From: an uncultured Chitinophagales bacterium
Lineage (GTDB): Bacteria > Bacteroidota > Bacteroidia > Chitinophagales > JADIYW01
DNA length: 64,000 nucleotides
NCBI GenBank assembly: GCA_964653095.1
Contig: CAZZEH010000007.1
Location: 27,884 to 91,883 of the forward strand
Direction of reading: 5' to 3'
Shown: positions 38,356-48,665 of the stretch, piece by piece
Numbering within the stretch: the first letter of the stretch is position 1
Layout: each line of letters opens with the position of its first letter
The notes under the pieces: generated by a model
Seen by the model: only the letters and a program-made list of their open reading frames with translations
Database searches by the model: none
What the model was told of the DNA's origin: nothing
Position numbers and translations under genes: made by a program

Positions 38356-39954
38356 ATGGCAGCGGATTTCTTAGTTATAGGCTCAGGCATTGCAGGTCTT
38401 TCATGTGCTCTTAAACTTTCTGATAAATTTCCTGAAGAAAAAATTTTAATCCTTACCAAAGACAATGAGGATGACAGCAACACGAAATACGCTCAGGGAG
38501 GTATCGCAGTAGTTACTGATTTCGCAAAAGATAATTTTGACAAACACATTGAAGACACGATAATCGCAGGTGACGGATTGTGCAACGAAGAAATTGTCAA
38601 TATTGTTGTAAAAGAAGGACGCGACCGAGTAGATGAACTGATTGACTGGGGAACACATTTCGACAAAGACGAACAGGGAGTATATAAGCTCGGGAAAGAA
38701 GGCGGGCACTCTGCCAACCGAGTACTTCACCATCAGGACATTACAGGCTATGAGATAGAAAGGGCATTGCTGACAGAGGTTCATTCGCGTGAAAACATAG
38801 AAATTTCCACCCATCATTTTGTAATTGATTTAATTACTCAGCACCATTTGGACAGAATCATTACCCGTGCAACCAAAAACATTCAGTGTTACGGAGCTTA
38901 TGTGCTGAATAAAGAAAGCTCACATATAGAAAAAGTGCTGGCAAAAGTTACAATTTTGGCGACAGGCGGTTTCGGGCAGGCGTATAAAAGTACAACCAAT
39001 CCTTCAATCGCCACAGGCGACGGGGTCGCTATGGTTTATCGTGCAAAAGGTCGGGTGAGCAATATGGAATTTGTACAGTTTCATCCTACAGCTTTATACG
39101 AACCTATGGCAAGTAACTCTTTTTTAATAACAGAAGCTGTACGAGGTGACGGAGCTATACTCAGAAATAAGTTTGGGAAAGCTTTCATGGAAAAATACGA
39201 TGCCAGAAAGTCATTGGCTCCAAGAGATATCGTAGCTCGCGCGATAGATAATGAAATGAAAATACACGGTCATGACTTTGTGTATCTGGACTGTACAGAC
39301 ATGGACCCCGAAAACTTCAAAATACACTTCCCAAATATCTATAAAAAGTGCTTATCCGTCGGAATAAACGTTTTCAAAGATATGATACCGGTAGTTCCTT
39401 CACAACACTATGCCTGCGGGGGTATTGATGTGGATGAGTACGGAAAAACTTCCATCATCAATCTGTACGCCTGCGGAGAATGCGCCAATACCGGCTTGCA
39501 CGGAGCCAATCGGCTTGCCTCCAATTCCCTTCTGGAAGCACTGGTGTTCTCTCACAGAATCTTTAAACATATCGTTGAAAGATACGACAGTTTAGAAGAT
39601 ATTCAGGATATTTTCCCGGAATGGAATGCCGAGGGTACATCTCATCCTAAAGAGATGGTCATGATTACTCAAAGCAAAAAAGAGCTGAAAGACATTATGA
39701 GCAGCTACGTCGGCATTGTCAGAAACAACATCCGTCTAAAAAGGGCCCAGGAAAGGCTTTACCTTTTATTTAGTGAAACAGAAAAAATGTATGACACGAC
39801 CACTATATCCCCTCAAATCTGTGAATTGAGAAACCTCATAACCGTAGGCTACCTGATTGTCCGAAGTGCGCTTATCCGAAAAGAAAGCAGAGGGCTGCAT
39901 TATACCACAGATTATCCTAACAAAAAGCAAATCGCCGAGAACTCCATATTGTGA
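38356..39954 (+). CDS. nadB: L-aspartate oxidase
   Basis: 532 aa. FAD motif 'FLVIGSGIAGLS', plus 'HYACGGI' and 'GANRLASNSLLE'. Confidence 0.92.
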   Translation: MAADFLVIGSGIAGLSCALKLSDKFPEEKILILTKDNEDDSNTKYAQGGIAVVTDFAKDNFDKHIEDTIIAGDGLCNEEIVNIVVKEGRDRVDELIDWGTHFDKDEQGVYKLGKEGGHSANRVLHHQDITGYEIERALLTEVHSRENIEISTHHFVIDLITQHHLDRIITRATKNIQCYGAYVLNKESSHIEKVLAKVTILATGGFGQAYKSTTNPSIATGDGVAMVYRAKGRVSNMEFVQFHPTALYEPMASNSFLITEAVRGDGAILRNKFGKAFMEKYDARKSLAPRDIVARAIDNEMKIHGHDFVYLDCTDMDPENFKIHFPNIYKKCLSVGINVFKDMIPVVPSQHYACGGIDVDEYGKTSIINLYACGECANTGLHGANRLASNSLLEALVFSHRIFKHIVERYDSLEDIQDIFPEWNAEGTSHPKEMVMITQSKKELKDIMSSYVGIVRNNIRLKRAQERLYLLFSETEKMYDTTTISPQICELRNLITVGYLIVRSALIRKESRGLHYTTDYPNKKQIAENSIL

Positions 39955-40043
39955 TGTATTATTGCTTTTTATAAAAGACAAAGAACATTTACAGTATCAA
40001 AAAGCTAATTTCTATCATTGTTTTGGAAAAGTAAAAAAAAGAT

Positions 40044-40051
40044 TATATTTG
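40044..40051 (+). promoter_or_regulatory. putative -7 promoter box (TATATTTG), with TTG at 40023-40025
   Basis: Exact TAnnTTTG with a TTG 18 nt upstream. The box lies 25 nt before the ATG at 40076, which supports the shorter gene model. Confidence 0.45.
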
Positions 40052-40075
40052 TGTTATCACCAAATTTTATTTACT

Positions 40076-40594
40076 ATGAAAAATTTCTTATTAACACTGT
40101 TTTTATCTTTTATCACAGTGGCACTTTTTGCATCAGACAAGATATTCCTGCATGGAGGGAAAGTCATTGACGGAGCGGTAATCAGATTGGATGACTTCAA
40201 AGTTATTTTTAAATATGAGGGTGAAAATGCCGAACAGATACTCTCAAAGAAAGCTGTCGAAAAAATAGAATATAACAGCGGCAGAGTGGAAGATGTTTCT
40301 GATAGAATTGAAGTCAGCAGTAAAAATGACTGGGAGAAAGTTGAAATCCTTTTAGACAAATCAGAAATTGTAGGTCTGAAAAAAGTGGGCGAAGTCAAAG
40401 GTAAAACATCAGGTTATTTTTCCGGATATGTGTCCGGTGCCGGAGCAGACAAGAGAGCCAATAAAAAATTACTCATGGCTGCTGCGGATATGGGCTGTCA
40501 GTTCATTTATATGACTACTGACAACGCTAACTCCGGTGCATTCAGTTACGGAAAGCAAGCCTTGAAAAAAGGAGTTGCTTATACTTATCCGTAA
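40076..40594 (+). CDS. secreted hypothetical protein
   Basis: 172 aa from 'MKNFLLTLFLSFITVALFA' (signal peptide). No motif recognised. The longer ORF-track model (39857) overlaps the nadB 3' end and the promoter. Confidence 0.5.
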   Translation: MKNFLLTLFLSFITVALFASDKIFLHGGKVIDGAVIRLDDFKVIFKYEGENAEQILSKKAVEKIEYNSGRVEDVSDRIEVSSKNDWEKVEILLDKSEIVGLKKVGEVKGKTSGYFSGYVSGAGADKRANKKLLMAAADMGCQFIYMTTDNANSGAFSYGKQALKKGVAYTYP

Positions 40595-40621
40595 GTATAA
40601 TTGTTTTGATCATTTAAATGG

Positions 40622-40649
40622 AGGCTGTCTGTAAAAGACGGCCTTTTTT
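40622..40649 (+). terminator. rho-independent terminator
   Basis: Stem AGGCTGTC / GACGGCCT (one G-T wobble) with a 7-nt loop, followed by a T-run. Confidence 0.6.
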
Positions 40650-40770
40650 CATGCAGTTTATTGTCCCGTCCCAACATATCGATTAGAAGATTAGGTGATG
40701 TGAAGCTATTTTGACTCGGAATAGATTTTCTGATGCCTAATTCGGGTTTAAAACAATACTTAATAATACT

Positions 40771-40778
40771 TACATTTG
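40771..40778 (+). promoter_or_regulatory. putative -7 promoter box (TACATTTG) abutting the hflX start
   Basis: Exact TAnnTTTG ending 5 nt before the ATG at 40784. Confidence 0.4.
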
Positions 40779-40783
40779 TACCA

Positions 40784-41965
40784 ATGCACGAAACGAATAT
40801 TCAGATTGAAGAAAGAGCTGTTTTAGTGGCAGTTATTAAGGATAAAAACACAGCTTTAAACATAGATGAATATTTGGACGAGCTGGAATTTCTGGTATTG
40901 ACCGCTGGCGCAAAAACGTACAAAAGGTTTACCCAAAAAATCAACAAACCACACCCCAGAACATTTGTAGGAGAAGGAAAATTAGAGGAAATCAAAGCTT
41001 ATACCGAATTTGCAGATATTAATCTGATAGTTTTCGATGACGAACTAAGCCCGACTCAAATTCGAAATTTAGAGGAATATTTTAAATGTAAAATCTTAGA
41101 CCGAACTGCTTTAATTCTGGATATTTTTGCCGGCAGAGCAAAGACCGCCCAGGCAAAAGCTCAGGTAGAATTGGCTCAAATGGAATACATCCTGCCCCGC
41201 CTCAAAGGACTGTGGACACACTTGGAACGTCAGCGTGGAGGTATCGGTATGCGCGGTCCGGGCGAACGTGAAATTGAAACAGACAGAAGAGTGGTGCGTG
41301 ATAAAATCACTCTGTTAAAAAAAGAATTGGAAACTTTGGACAAGCAGGAAAGTACCCGCAGAAAAAATCGCGGAGAACTGATTCGGGTGGCTTTAGTCGG
41401 ATATACCAATGTAGGCAAATCTACCCTCATGAATCTCCTGAGCAAATCGGAAGTGTTTGCAGAAGATAAACTGTTTGCCACGCTCGATACTACAGTGAGA
41501 AAAGTCGTCATAGATAATGTGCCTTTTTTACTGTCGGACACCGTAGGATTTATTCGAAAGCTTCCGCATGGCCTGATAGAAAGTTTTAAATCTACCTTAG
41601 ACGAAGCCAAAGAGTCCGATATCATTCTGCATGTGGTGGACACTTCTCACGATCAGTTTCAACATCAGATAAGTGTCGTTCAGGAAACTCTTGCAGAACT
41701 AAAAGTTACAGATGTCCCGGTTCTTATGGTTTTCAACAAAATGGATGCCTATCGAAAAAAAACTTTCGACCCATTTCTTCCCGAGGATGTAAAAAACGAA
41801 CTGGAAGAAGAGTTTAGAAAAAGTATGCGCCATCAGTACCAAAATCTTTGCGAATTTGTTTCAGCGACGGAGGAGATTAATATCTCGAAACTAAGAAATA
41901 CTCTCGTGCTGATGGTTCAGGATGCGTACCACAAACGTTATCCGTACAAAAGTCATTTTTGGTGA
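40784..41965 (+). CDS. hflX: GTPase HflX
   Basis: Starts 'MHETNIQIEERAVLVAV'. HflX N-domain and G motifs 'GYTNVGKSTL', 'DTVGF', 'NKMD'. Confidence 0.9.
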   Translation: MHETNIQIEERAVLVAVIKDKNTALNIDEYLDELEFLVLTAGAKTYKRFTQKINKPHPRTFVGEGKLEEIKAYTEFADINLIVFDDELSPTQIRNLEEYFKCKILDRTALILDIFAGRAKTAQAKAQVELAQMEYILPRLKGLWTHLERQRGGIGMRGPGEREIETDRRVVRDKITLLKKELETLDKQESTRRKNRGELIRVALVGYTNVGKSTLMNLLSKSEVFAEDKLFATLDTTVRKVVIDNVPFLLSDTVGFIRKLPHGLIESFKSTLDEAKESDIILHVVDTSHDQFQHQISVVQETLAELKVTDVPVLMVFNKMDAYRKKTFDPFLPEDVKNELEEEFRKSMRHQYQNLCEFVSATEEINISKLRNTLVLMVQDAYHKRYPYKSHFW

Positions 41966-42044
41966 TATCCCCTATCAAAGCAGGATGAAATAGCAGGAAT
42001 ATCATGGTGTACGTATCTGCCCAAACTGTAAAAATCAGAATGAA

Positions 42045-44399
42045 TTATACCGGGTTACTCAGAATTTGCAGCTTGGCATATTTGAGCATTATTTTTTTTA
42101 CTCCATATTGCTCAAACAATATTGTAGCGATGACATTTTCTCCCTTTCCTTCAAGGCTTTGCACTCTTCCTTTTTGAAACTTCTCATGTAACACAATGTC
42201 ATTAGCTTTGAGTAATCTTAAATCTGACGGAATAAATAGCTGTGAGCTCTTATTATCGGCAGACAATAAAGCTTTATCTGTATAGCTCTGTGCAGCTTTT
42301 TTAGAGCTATTCTCTTCTGATTTTCGCTTCATATACCAAGGCATATCTCTCGCAGATTGCGGATTGGAGTTCTGCATACTGAGGGGTCTTTGTGAAAATA
42401 CCGGTTTCTTGGGATTTCGTCTTTCCGCATCCGTATTTTCCAGTCCAATCTCTTCGATAAACCTGCTTACATCATTATATTGAATACTGCCAAACCGCAC
42501 TCTGGTGTTGGCATAGGTCAATGTCAGTCTTTCCATAGCCCGGGTAATTGCCACATAAAAGAGTCGCCTTTCCTCTTCCAAATCGTCGCGCGTATTTAAC
42601 GACAGCATAGATGGAAAAAGATTTTCTTCCAGTCCGACCACAAACACTGACGGAAATTCCAACCCCTTAGAAGCATGGATGGTCATGAGCTTTACTTTAT
42701 CAGGATTTTGATCGTCTTTATCCTGGTCCGTCAGTAGTGATATTTGTTGGAGATATGCTGCCAAGTCACTTTCAGGAACCAATTCATCCTCTTCCAATTC
42801 TGGCTGATCCTCCAAGGTGTATGATTTAATACCGCTCAGCAATTCCTGTACGTTCTCATACCGGTTAATCCCATCCGCTGTTTTATCTAAAAATAATTTA
42901 TCCAGGAATCCGGTTTGTCTTCCCACGAGTTCTGCAACTTCATAAGCATTTTTGGTTTTCAGCTGTATCTGAAAGCTTTGTATCATCATCCCAAAATTAT
43001 AAAGCAGGCCGTATGCATTTTTTGTGATTTGGGGAATTCTCTCAGGGTGTAATATCATTTCCCATAAAGAAACATTTTGCTCGGAAGTGCCCACAATTAT
43101 TCTATTTATAGTGGTCTGTCCTATTCCTTTTGTTTGTGCCAGTACTCTTTTTAGAGCCTCTTCATCATTCGAGTTTACCAACAGTCGGAGATAAGCCACA
43201 AAATCTTTAATCTCCCTTCTCTGGTAAAACGATATCCCTCCGTATATTCTATATGGGATGCTGAGTCTCAACAAAGCCTCTTCCAAAGCTCTGGACTGGG
43301 AATTGGTGCGATACAGAATTGCAAAATCTTTATTGGACAGTCGGTATCTCATTTTTTGTTCAAAAATGGATTCTGAAACCATTTTAGCTTCTTCTTTTTC
43401 ACTGACCGCCTGAAAAACTTTAATTTTTTCTCCTTCTGTCTTTTCCGTCCAGATTAGTTTTTTAATCTGATTTCTATTTTTTCCGATGACTTCATTTGCT
43501 GCATGCACAATAAAAGGTGTCGAACGGTAATTTTGCTCCAGTTTGAATACTTTTAAATCGGGATAATCTTTTTCAAAATTCAGGATATTCGCAATAGATG
43601 CCCCCCGAAAGGCGTATATACTTTGCGCATCATCTCCGACCACGCAGATGTTTTCGTGTATGTCCGCAAGCTTTTTGATAATCGCATACTGGGCATAATT
43701 GGTGTCCTGAAACTCATCAATTAGCAAGTGTGAAAATCTGTTTTGATACTTATATAATACATCCGGAAAATTTTCTAAGAGGATATAAGTTTTCATCAGC
43801 AAATCGTCAAAGTCCATTGCTCCGGCTTTAAACAGTCTGTTTTGATATGTTTCAAACAACTTACCAATCAGTGGTTTTCCCATGAGCGCATCTTCCTCCA
43901 TCAACTCGGGGTTGGCAAGATAATCTTCCGGCCCTATCAAACTGTTTTTTGCCGAAGATATTCTAAAGTAAATGTTGCTTGGTTTATATGTTTTGGAATT
44001 CAGTCCTTCTAATTTGATGATGTCTTTCAGCAAATTTTTAGCATCATCCGTATCGTATATAGTGAAGTTTCTCGGAAATCCGAGTTTGTGTGCTTCCAAT
44101 CTCAGAATTCGTGCAAAAACGGAATGGAAAGTTCCCATAAAAATATTCCTTGCCTCATTCCCGACAATTTTTTCAATTCGTTCACGCATTTCGGCAGCCG
44201 CTTTATTGGTAAAAGTCAATGCCAAAATACTGAAAGGGTCTATTCCATTTTGTATGAGATATGCTATCCTGTATGTCAAAACCCTTGTCTTGCCTGAACC
44301 CGGCCCTGCCACTATCATTACAGGTCCCTCTATAGTCGAAACAGCCTGCCCCTGAACCTCATTCAACTCCTTCAAAATATCCATTAGGCTAAGATACAT
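42045..44399 (-). CDS. UvrD/PcrA/Rep-family ATP-dependent DNA helicase
   Basis: 784 aa. Walker A 'GPGSGKTRV', 'DEFQDTN', 'YRS' and other SF1 motifs. Confidence 0.9.
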   Translation of the reverse strand: MYLSLMDILKELNEVQGQAVSTIEGPVMIVAGPGSGKTRVLTYRIAYLIQNGIDPFSILALTFTNKAAAEMRERIEKIVGNEARNIFMGTFHSVFARILRLEAHKLGFPRNFTIYDTDDAKNLLKDIIKLEGLNSKTYKPSNIYFRISSAKNSLIGPEDYLANPELMEEDALMGKPLIGKLFETYQNRLFKAGAMDFDDLLMKTYILLENFPDVLYKYQNRFSHLLIDEFQDTNYAQYAIIKKLADIHENICVVGDDAQSIYAFRGASIANILNFEKDYPDLKVFKLEQNYRSTPFIVHAANEVIGKNRNQIKKLIWTEKTEGEKIKVFQAVSEKEEAKMVSESIFEQKMRYRLSNKDFAILYRTNSQSRALEEALLRLSIPYRIYGGISFYQRREIKDFVAYLRLLVNSNDEEALKRVLAQTKGIGQTTINRIIVGTSEQNVSLWEMILHPERIPQITKNAYGLLYNFGMMIQSFQIQLKTKNAYEVAELVGRQTGFLDKLFLDKTADGINRYENVQELLSGIKSYTLEDQPELEEDELVPESDLAAYLQQISLLTDQDKDDQNPDKVKLMTIHASKGLEFPSVFVVGLEENLFPSMLSLNTRDDLEEERRLFYVAITRAMERLTLTYANTRVRFGSIQYNDVSRFIEEIGLENTDAERRNPKKPVFSQRPLSMQNSNPQSARDMPWYMKRKSEENSSKKAAQSYTDKALLSADNKSSQLFIPSDLRLLKANDIVLHEKFQKGRVQSLEGKGENVIATILFEQYGVKKIMLKYAKLQILSNPV

Positions 44400-44444
44400 A
44401 GAAAATTATCTGCTTACAATCTACTTTTTACGGATATTTGCAGT

Positions 44445-45092
44445 ATGTTTCATGAAGTCGTACAAGCTTTAGAGCAACAACTCGCCAAACCTCTTCCGGG
44501 CAAAGAGGCACAGGAAAAGATGCGCCCGTACTTACCCTTACTGCCTAATCTCGATCTCCCAAAATTACTCAAACCCAAAGAAAGTGCAGTGATGGCTCTG
44601 CTGTATCCCAAACTTGATGTTCCTCATCTTCTGCTGATAGAACGCAATAAGTATAATGGTCCGCACAGCGGACAGATTAGTCTGCCGGGCGGAAAACTGA
44701 ACCAAGGAGAATCATACTCGGATGCCGCAGTCAGAGAAACTAAAGAAGAAGTCGATGTGGACAAAAACTTTTATCATGTAATTGGCGAGCTGAGTAAACT
44801 TTATGTACCTGCAAGCAATTTTAATATTCAGCCGTTTGTGGGAATTGCTGATAAAGCTCCCATTATACATCCCAACGAAAGAGAGGTAGCTACTATTTTA
44901 GAGACACCGCTATCTCAACTTTTTGAGGCTGCAAGAAGGAAAGAGAAAATTGTAAGAAGTTCTGTGGGTATTGAGTTAATGGCACCTTACTTTGACGTAC
45001 ACGATCGAGTTTTGTGGGGTGCTACCGCCATGATTTTAAGTGAACTGATAGAAATTATTCAAGAGGCTCCGCAAAATTTTATTAAATATTAA
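44445..45092 (+). CDS. Nudix hydrolase (CoA pyrophosphatase-like)
   Basis: 215 aa. Nudix box 'GGKLNQGESYSDAAVRETKEEVDV'. Confidence 0.8.
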   Translation: MFHEVVQALEQQLAKPLPGKEAQEKMRPYLPLLPNLDLPKLLKPKESAVMALLYPKLDVPHLLLIERNKYNGPHSGQISLPGGKLNQGESYSDAAVRETKEEVDVDKNFYHVIGELSKLYVPASNFNIQPFVGIADKAPIIHPNEREVATILETPLSQLFEAARRKEKIVRSSVGIELMAPYFDVHDRVLWGATAMILSELIEIIQEAPQNFIKY

Positions 45093-45200
45093 AAACAACT
45101 TTCGAACACATAAATTTGCATTTGAAACAAGATGGATTTAGGCCTCAAATCTTAATTTTTCATATTAACCGACAATGCAGTAATTTCACATCTACTGAAC

Positions 45201-46385
45201 ATGAGAAAAGGAGAATTGACAGATTTTACTGAAAACAGATTATGTACACGCTGCTGTCAGGATACCACTGTCCCTATGATTCATTTTGATCAAGACGGCG
45301 TATGCAACTATTGCCGCTTTCACGATATGATGGAGAAAATATTTCCTAATGACGACCGAGGCAATCAAATTTTGAAGACTCTGTTTGAGAAAGTAAAAAA
45401 GAAAGGTTCAGGCAAAAAATACGATTGTATTGCCGGAGTAAGCGGTGGCAGAGACAGCATTTACCTGTTATATTTTTTAGTTAAAATATGGGGTCTGAGG
45501 CCATTGGCGGTGCATTTTGACGACGGATTTGACAATCCGACCGCTATGGAAAATATTGATAAGGCCTGCAAAAAACTAAATCTGGAATTTCGTTCTGTTA
45601 AATACGACGAAGAAGAATCCCGTCAACTAAAAATTGCTTTTCTAAAAGCATCCACTCCTGATTTAAATATGGGCACCGACATCGGTATAGCTTCTTCCCT
45701 GTACGGAGAAGCCTGTAAAGAAGGTGTCAAATATATTTTTATCGGACAATCTTTCAGAACCGAAGGTATCAAACCGCTTTACTGGTCTTTTTTTGACGGG
45801 ACTTATTTGAAAGATGTGTATAACAAATTTGGCGGGCAACCTCTTAAAAAGTGGAGTCCTGAAAATCCCGGCTTTAACTTTGGAGTCAAAGAGCTTTTCT
45901 ATTATACTTTCATAAAAGGCATTCGGTCTTACACCCCTTTTTATTACTGGAATTATGACAGGCCCAAAGCTCAAAAATTAATTGAGGAAGAGCTGGATTG
46001 GGTATATCCCGGAGCGCACTATTTTGATGACTTATACCACAGCATTATCAAATATGTGCATAGAATTAAATTCAACATCGACATGAATATGAACAGTGAT
46101 GCCGCTTTGGTCAGATCTGGGTTTATGTTGAGAGAAGATGCCGTGTCAAGAGCCCACAGTATTTCGTCGATTGAAAAACAAGAGGTCATAAATCAATGCA
46201 TCACGCAGTTAGGTATTACCCAGGCTGAATTTGATCATTATCTGAATTTACCTCCAAAAACTTTTAGAGATTATAAAACTATGTATGATTGGATCAGGCC
46301 TTTTAAGTGGCTGATTAAGGCGGCCTCTCATCTCCATCTTATTCCTAAGGTGACTTATTATAAATATTTTGTTCTGAATAAGTAA
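45201..46385 (+). CDS. PP-loop N-acetyl sugar amidotransferase (WbuX-like)
   Basis: 394 aa. N-terminal Cys pairs 'CTRCC...CNYC' and the PP-loop 'GVSGGRDS'. The pattern matches the LPS 'N-acetyl sugar amidotransferase' family as I recall it. Confidence 0.7.
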   Translation: MRKGELTDFTENRLCTRCCQDTTVPMIHFDQDGVCNYCRFHDMMEKIFPNDDRGNQILKTLFEKVKKKGSGKKYDCIAGVSGGRDSIYLLYFLVKIWGLRPLAVHFDDGFDNPTAMENIDKACKKLNLEFRSVKYDEEESRQLKIAFLKASTPDLNMGTDIGIASSLYGEACKEGVKYIFIGQSFRTEGIKPLYWSFFDGTYLKDVYNKFGGQPLKKWSPENPGFNFGVKELFYYTFIKGIRSYTPFYYWNYDRPKAQKLIEEELDWVYPGAHYFDDLYHSIIKYVHRIKFNIDMNMNSDAALVRSGFMLREDAVSRAHSISSIEKQEVINQCITQLGITQAEFDHYLNLPPKTFRDYKTMYDWIRPFKWLIKAASHLHLIPKVTYYKYFVLNK

Positions 46386-46422
46386 TTCGTCAGATTCTTG
46401 ATTACGCCAAAATAGATTCGCA

Positions 46423-48525
46423 CTACAACACCTGACTCCAGTCTTTGCGGATAGTTTCATGATGGAGAAAATAATCTTTCAGTCCTCTATGTCTGTCCTG
46501 AATTAAATCGGGGTCTTCTTCTAAAAGTCTGACTGCGGCTTTACGTGCTTCTTCGAGAATTAATTTATCCGTAGCAAGATTGGAAATTTTCAGACGAATA
46601 TCCCCGCTCTGTTGAGTTCCCTCAATATCACCGGGACCTCTAAGGTCTAAGTCCACCTCTGAAATTTTAAATCCGTCGTTTGTACTGCACATAGTCTGAA
46701 TTCTCTTTTTTCCGTCAGCTGAAAGTTTTTTCCCGGTCATTAATATACAATAAGATTGTTCACCTCCACGCCCTACTCTGCCTCTTAACTGATGAAGCTG
46801 GGAGAGTCCGAACCGCTCAGAGTTTTCTATAATCATGACAGTCGCATTGGGTACATTCACTCCCACTTCTATCACAGTGGTCGCCACCAAAATTTGTGTT
46901 TCTTTTTTGACAAATCGCTGCATTTCGATATCCTTGATATCCGGCTTCATTTTGCCGTGGATTACACTGATTTGGTACTGCGGCCGCGGAAATCTTTGCA
47001 GCAGACTTTCATAGCCTTCCATCAGAGATGCCAGGTCTGATTTTTCAGATTCCTCAATCAACGGATATACCACATACACCTGTCTGCCCTTGGCAATTTC
47101 CCGCTCCATAAATCCGTAAACTGCCAATCTGCCTGCATCCGTTTTATGCACAGTGGTCACAGGCTTTCTGCCCGGAGGCAATTCATCAATAACCGAATAA
47201 TCCAAATCTCCATAAAAAACCATGGCGAGTGATCTTGGTATCGGAGTAGCTGTCATCACAAGAATGTGCGGAGGAATTTTAGACTTATGTCTTAATTGCG
47301 CTCTTTGTTGTACCCCAAAGCGATGCTGTTCATCTATAACTACAAGACCCAAATTACTAAAAGCCACCGTAGGTTCTATCAGGGCATGAGTGCCGATTAG
47401 AATCTGAATCCTGCCTTCTTTCAGATTTGTTAAAAGCTCTTTTCTCTTTTTACCTTTTATCGATCCGGTCAAAATCTCTACCGTAATTCCCAATGGTTCT
47501 ATCAGTTCTTTTATTCCTTCAAAATGCTGTACCGCCAATATTTCGGTAGGAGCCATTAATGCAGCCTGAAAATTGTTACCCACAGCTATGAGCATACTCA
47601 ACAGGGCAACCATTGTTTTCCCGCTTCCTACATCCCCCTGAAGCAGCCTGTTCATCTGCGCCCCGGACAAAGTATCTTTTCTGATTTCTTTCAAAACTCT
47701 TTTTTGAGCATTGGTCAGCTCAAAGGGAAGATATTCCGCATAAAATTTATCGAATATATCTCCAAGTTTTGGAAATAAAATACCTTCTTCTTTTGTTCGG
47801 AGTAACCGAAGCCGGACTAATTGTAACTGGAGAATAAAAAGCTCTTCAAACTTCATCCGTCGAATGGCATTCTGCTGTCCCTGCATATCCATCGGTAAGT
47901 GAATATTGACCGAGGCAGTATATTTATCATCCAGTCTGTATAACTCTAACAGGTAGTCAGGAAGCATCTCAGATATATCCTCCCTTTTGAGCGTTTTTAA
48001 AAGCTGCTGAACCAATTTTTGAACGGCATTGGAATCCAGTCCTTTCCGCTTCATTTTTTCGGATGTGTTATACAGAGCTTTAAATGCCTGCTGTCCTCCC
48101 GACTGATATGATGCAAGACTTTCTATTTCAGGATGTGTGAAATTGAATTTACGGTTAAAAACTCCCGGCCTGTCAAACAGCACATACGTTTCACCCAGCC
48201 TGATAAAACTTTTGACCCACTTAAGTGAGTTAAACCATATCACTTCGATTACTCCCGTGTCATCACTGAAATAACCGACTAACCTTCTACCTCTTTTCTG
48301 ACCTATTTCCTCTAACCTTAAGAACCGCCCCGCTACCAAGATATACGTATTGGCATCTGAAATATCCTGAATTTTTGTGAACTTAGTGCGGTCAATATAT
48401 CTGTACGGATAATAGTCCAGTAAATCTTCAAAAGTATAAATTCCTGCTTCTGCCTTGAGTGCAGCAGCTCTTTCAGGCCCTACTCCCTTTAAATATTCAA
48501 TAGGTGTATCTACGACACGGGACAT
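46423..48525 (-). CDS. recG: ATP-dependent DNA helicase RecG
   Basis: 700 aa. Wedge domain and helicase motifs 'GDVGSGKT', 'DEQHRFG', 'QLRGRVGRG'. Confidence 0.93.
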   Translation of the reverse strand: MSRVVDTPIEYLKGVGPERAAALKAEAGIYTFEDLLDYYPYRYIDRTKFTKIQDISDANTYILVAGRFLRLEEIGQKRGRRLVGYFSDDTGVIEVIWFNSLKWVKSFIRLGETYVLFDRPGVFNRKFNFTHPEIESLASYQSGGQQAFKALYNTSEKMKRKGLDSNAVQKLVQQLLKTLKREDISEMLPDYLLELYRLDDKYTASVNIHLPMDMQGQQNAIRRMKFEELFILQLQLVRLRLLRTKEEGILFPKLGDIFDKFYAEYLPFELTNAQKRVLKEIRKDTLSGAQMNRLLQGDVGSGKTMVALLSMLIAVGNNFQAALMAPTEILAVQHFEGIKELIEPLGITVEILTGSIKGKKRKELLTNLKEGRIQILIGTHALIEPTVAFSNLGLVVIDEQHRFGVQQRAQLRHKSKIPPHILVMTATPIPRSLAMVFYGDLDYSVIDELPPGRKPVTTVHKTDAGRLAVYGFMEREIAKGRQVYVVYPLIEESEKSDLASLMEGYESLLQRFPRPQYQISVIHGKMKPDIKDIEMQRFVKKETQILVATTVIEVGVNVPNATVMIIENSERFGLSQLHQLRGRVGRGGEQSYCILMTGKKLSADGKKRIQTMCSTNDGFKISEVDLDLRGPGDIEGTQQSGDIRLKISNLATDKLILEEARKAAVRLLEEDPDLIQDRHRGLKDYFLHHETIRKDWSQVL

Positions 48526-48665
48526 TATACAGAAGTTATTTGGAAAAAATTAAATTAGAATTTTATTTCAAGATATTCTAATAGAAAAGCATTTATCCTG
48601 CTTCTCAGCACGCTCATCTTCAAATAATGATCGTAAAATGAATAACATAAGAAGGCAGGAAATAT

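Noticed and set aside
39857-40075. N-terminal extension of the 40076-40594 ORF.
   Set aside because: It overlaps the nadB 3' end and contains the -33/-7 promoter. The signal peptide starts at 40076.
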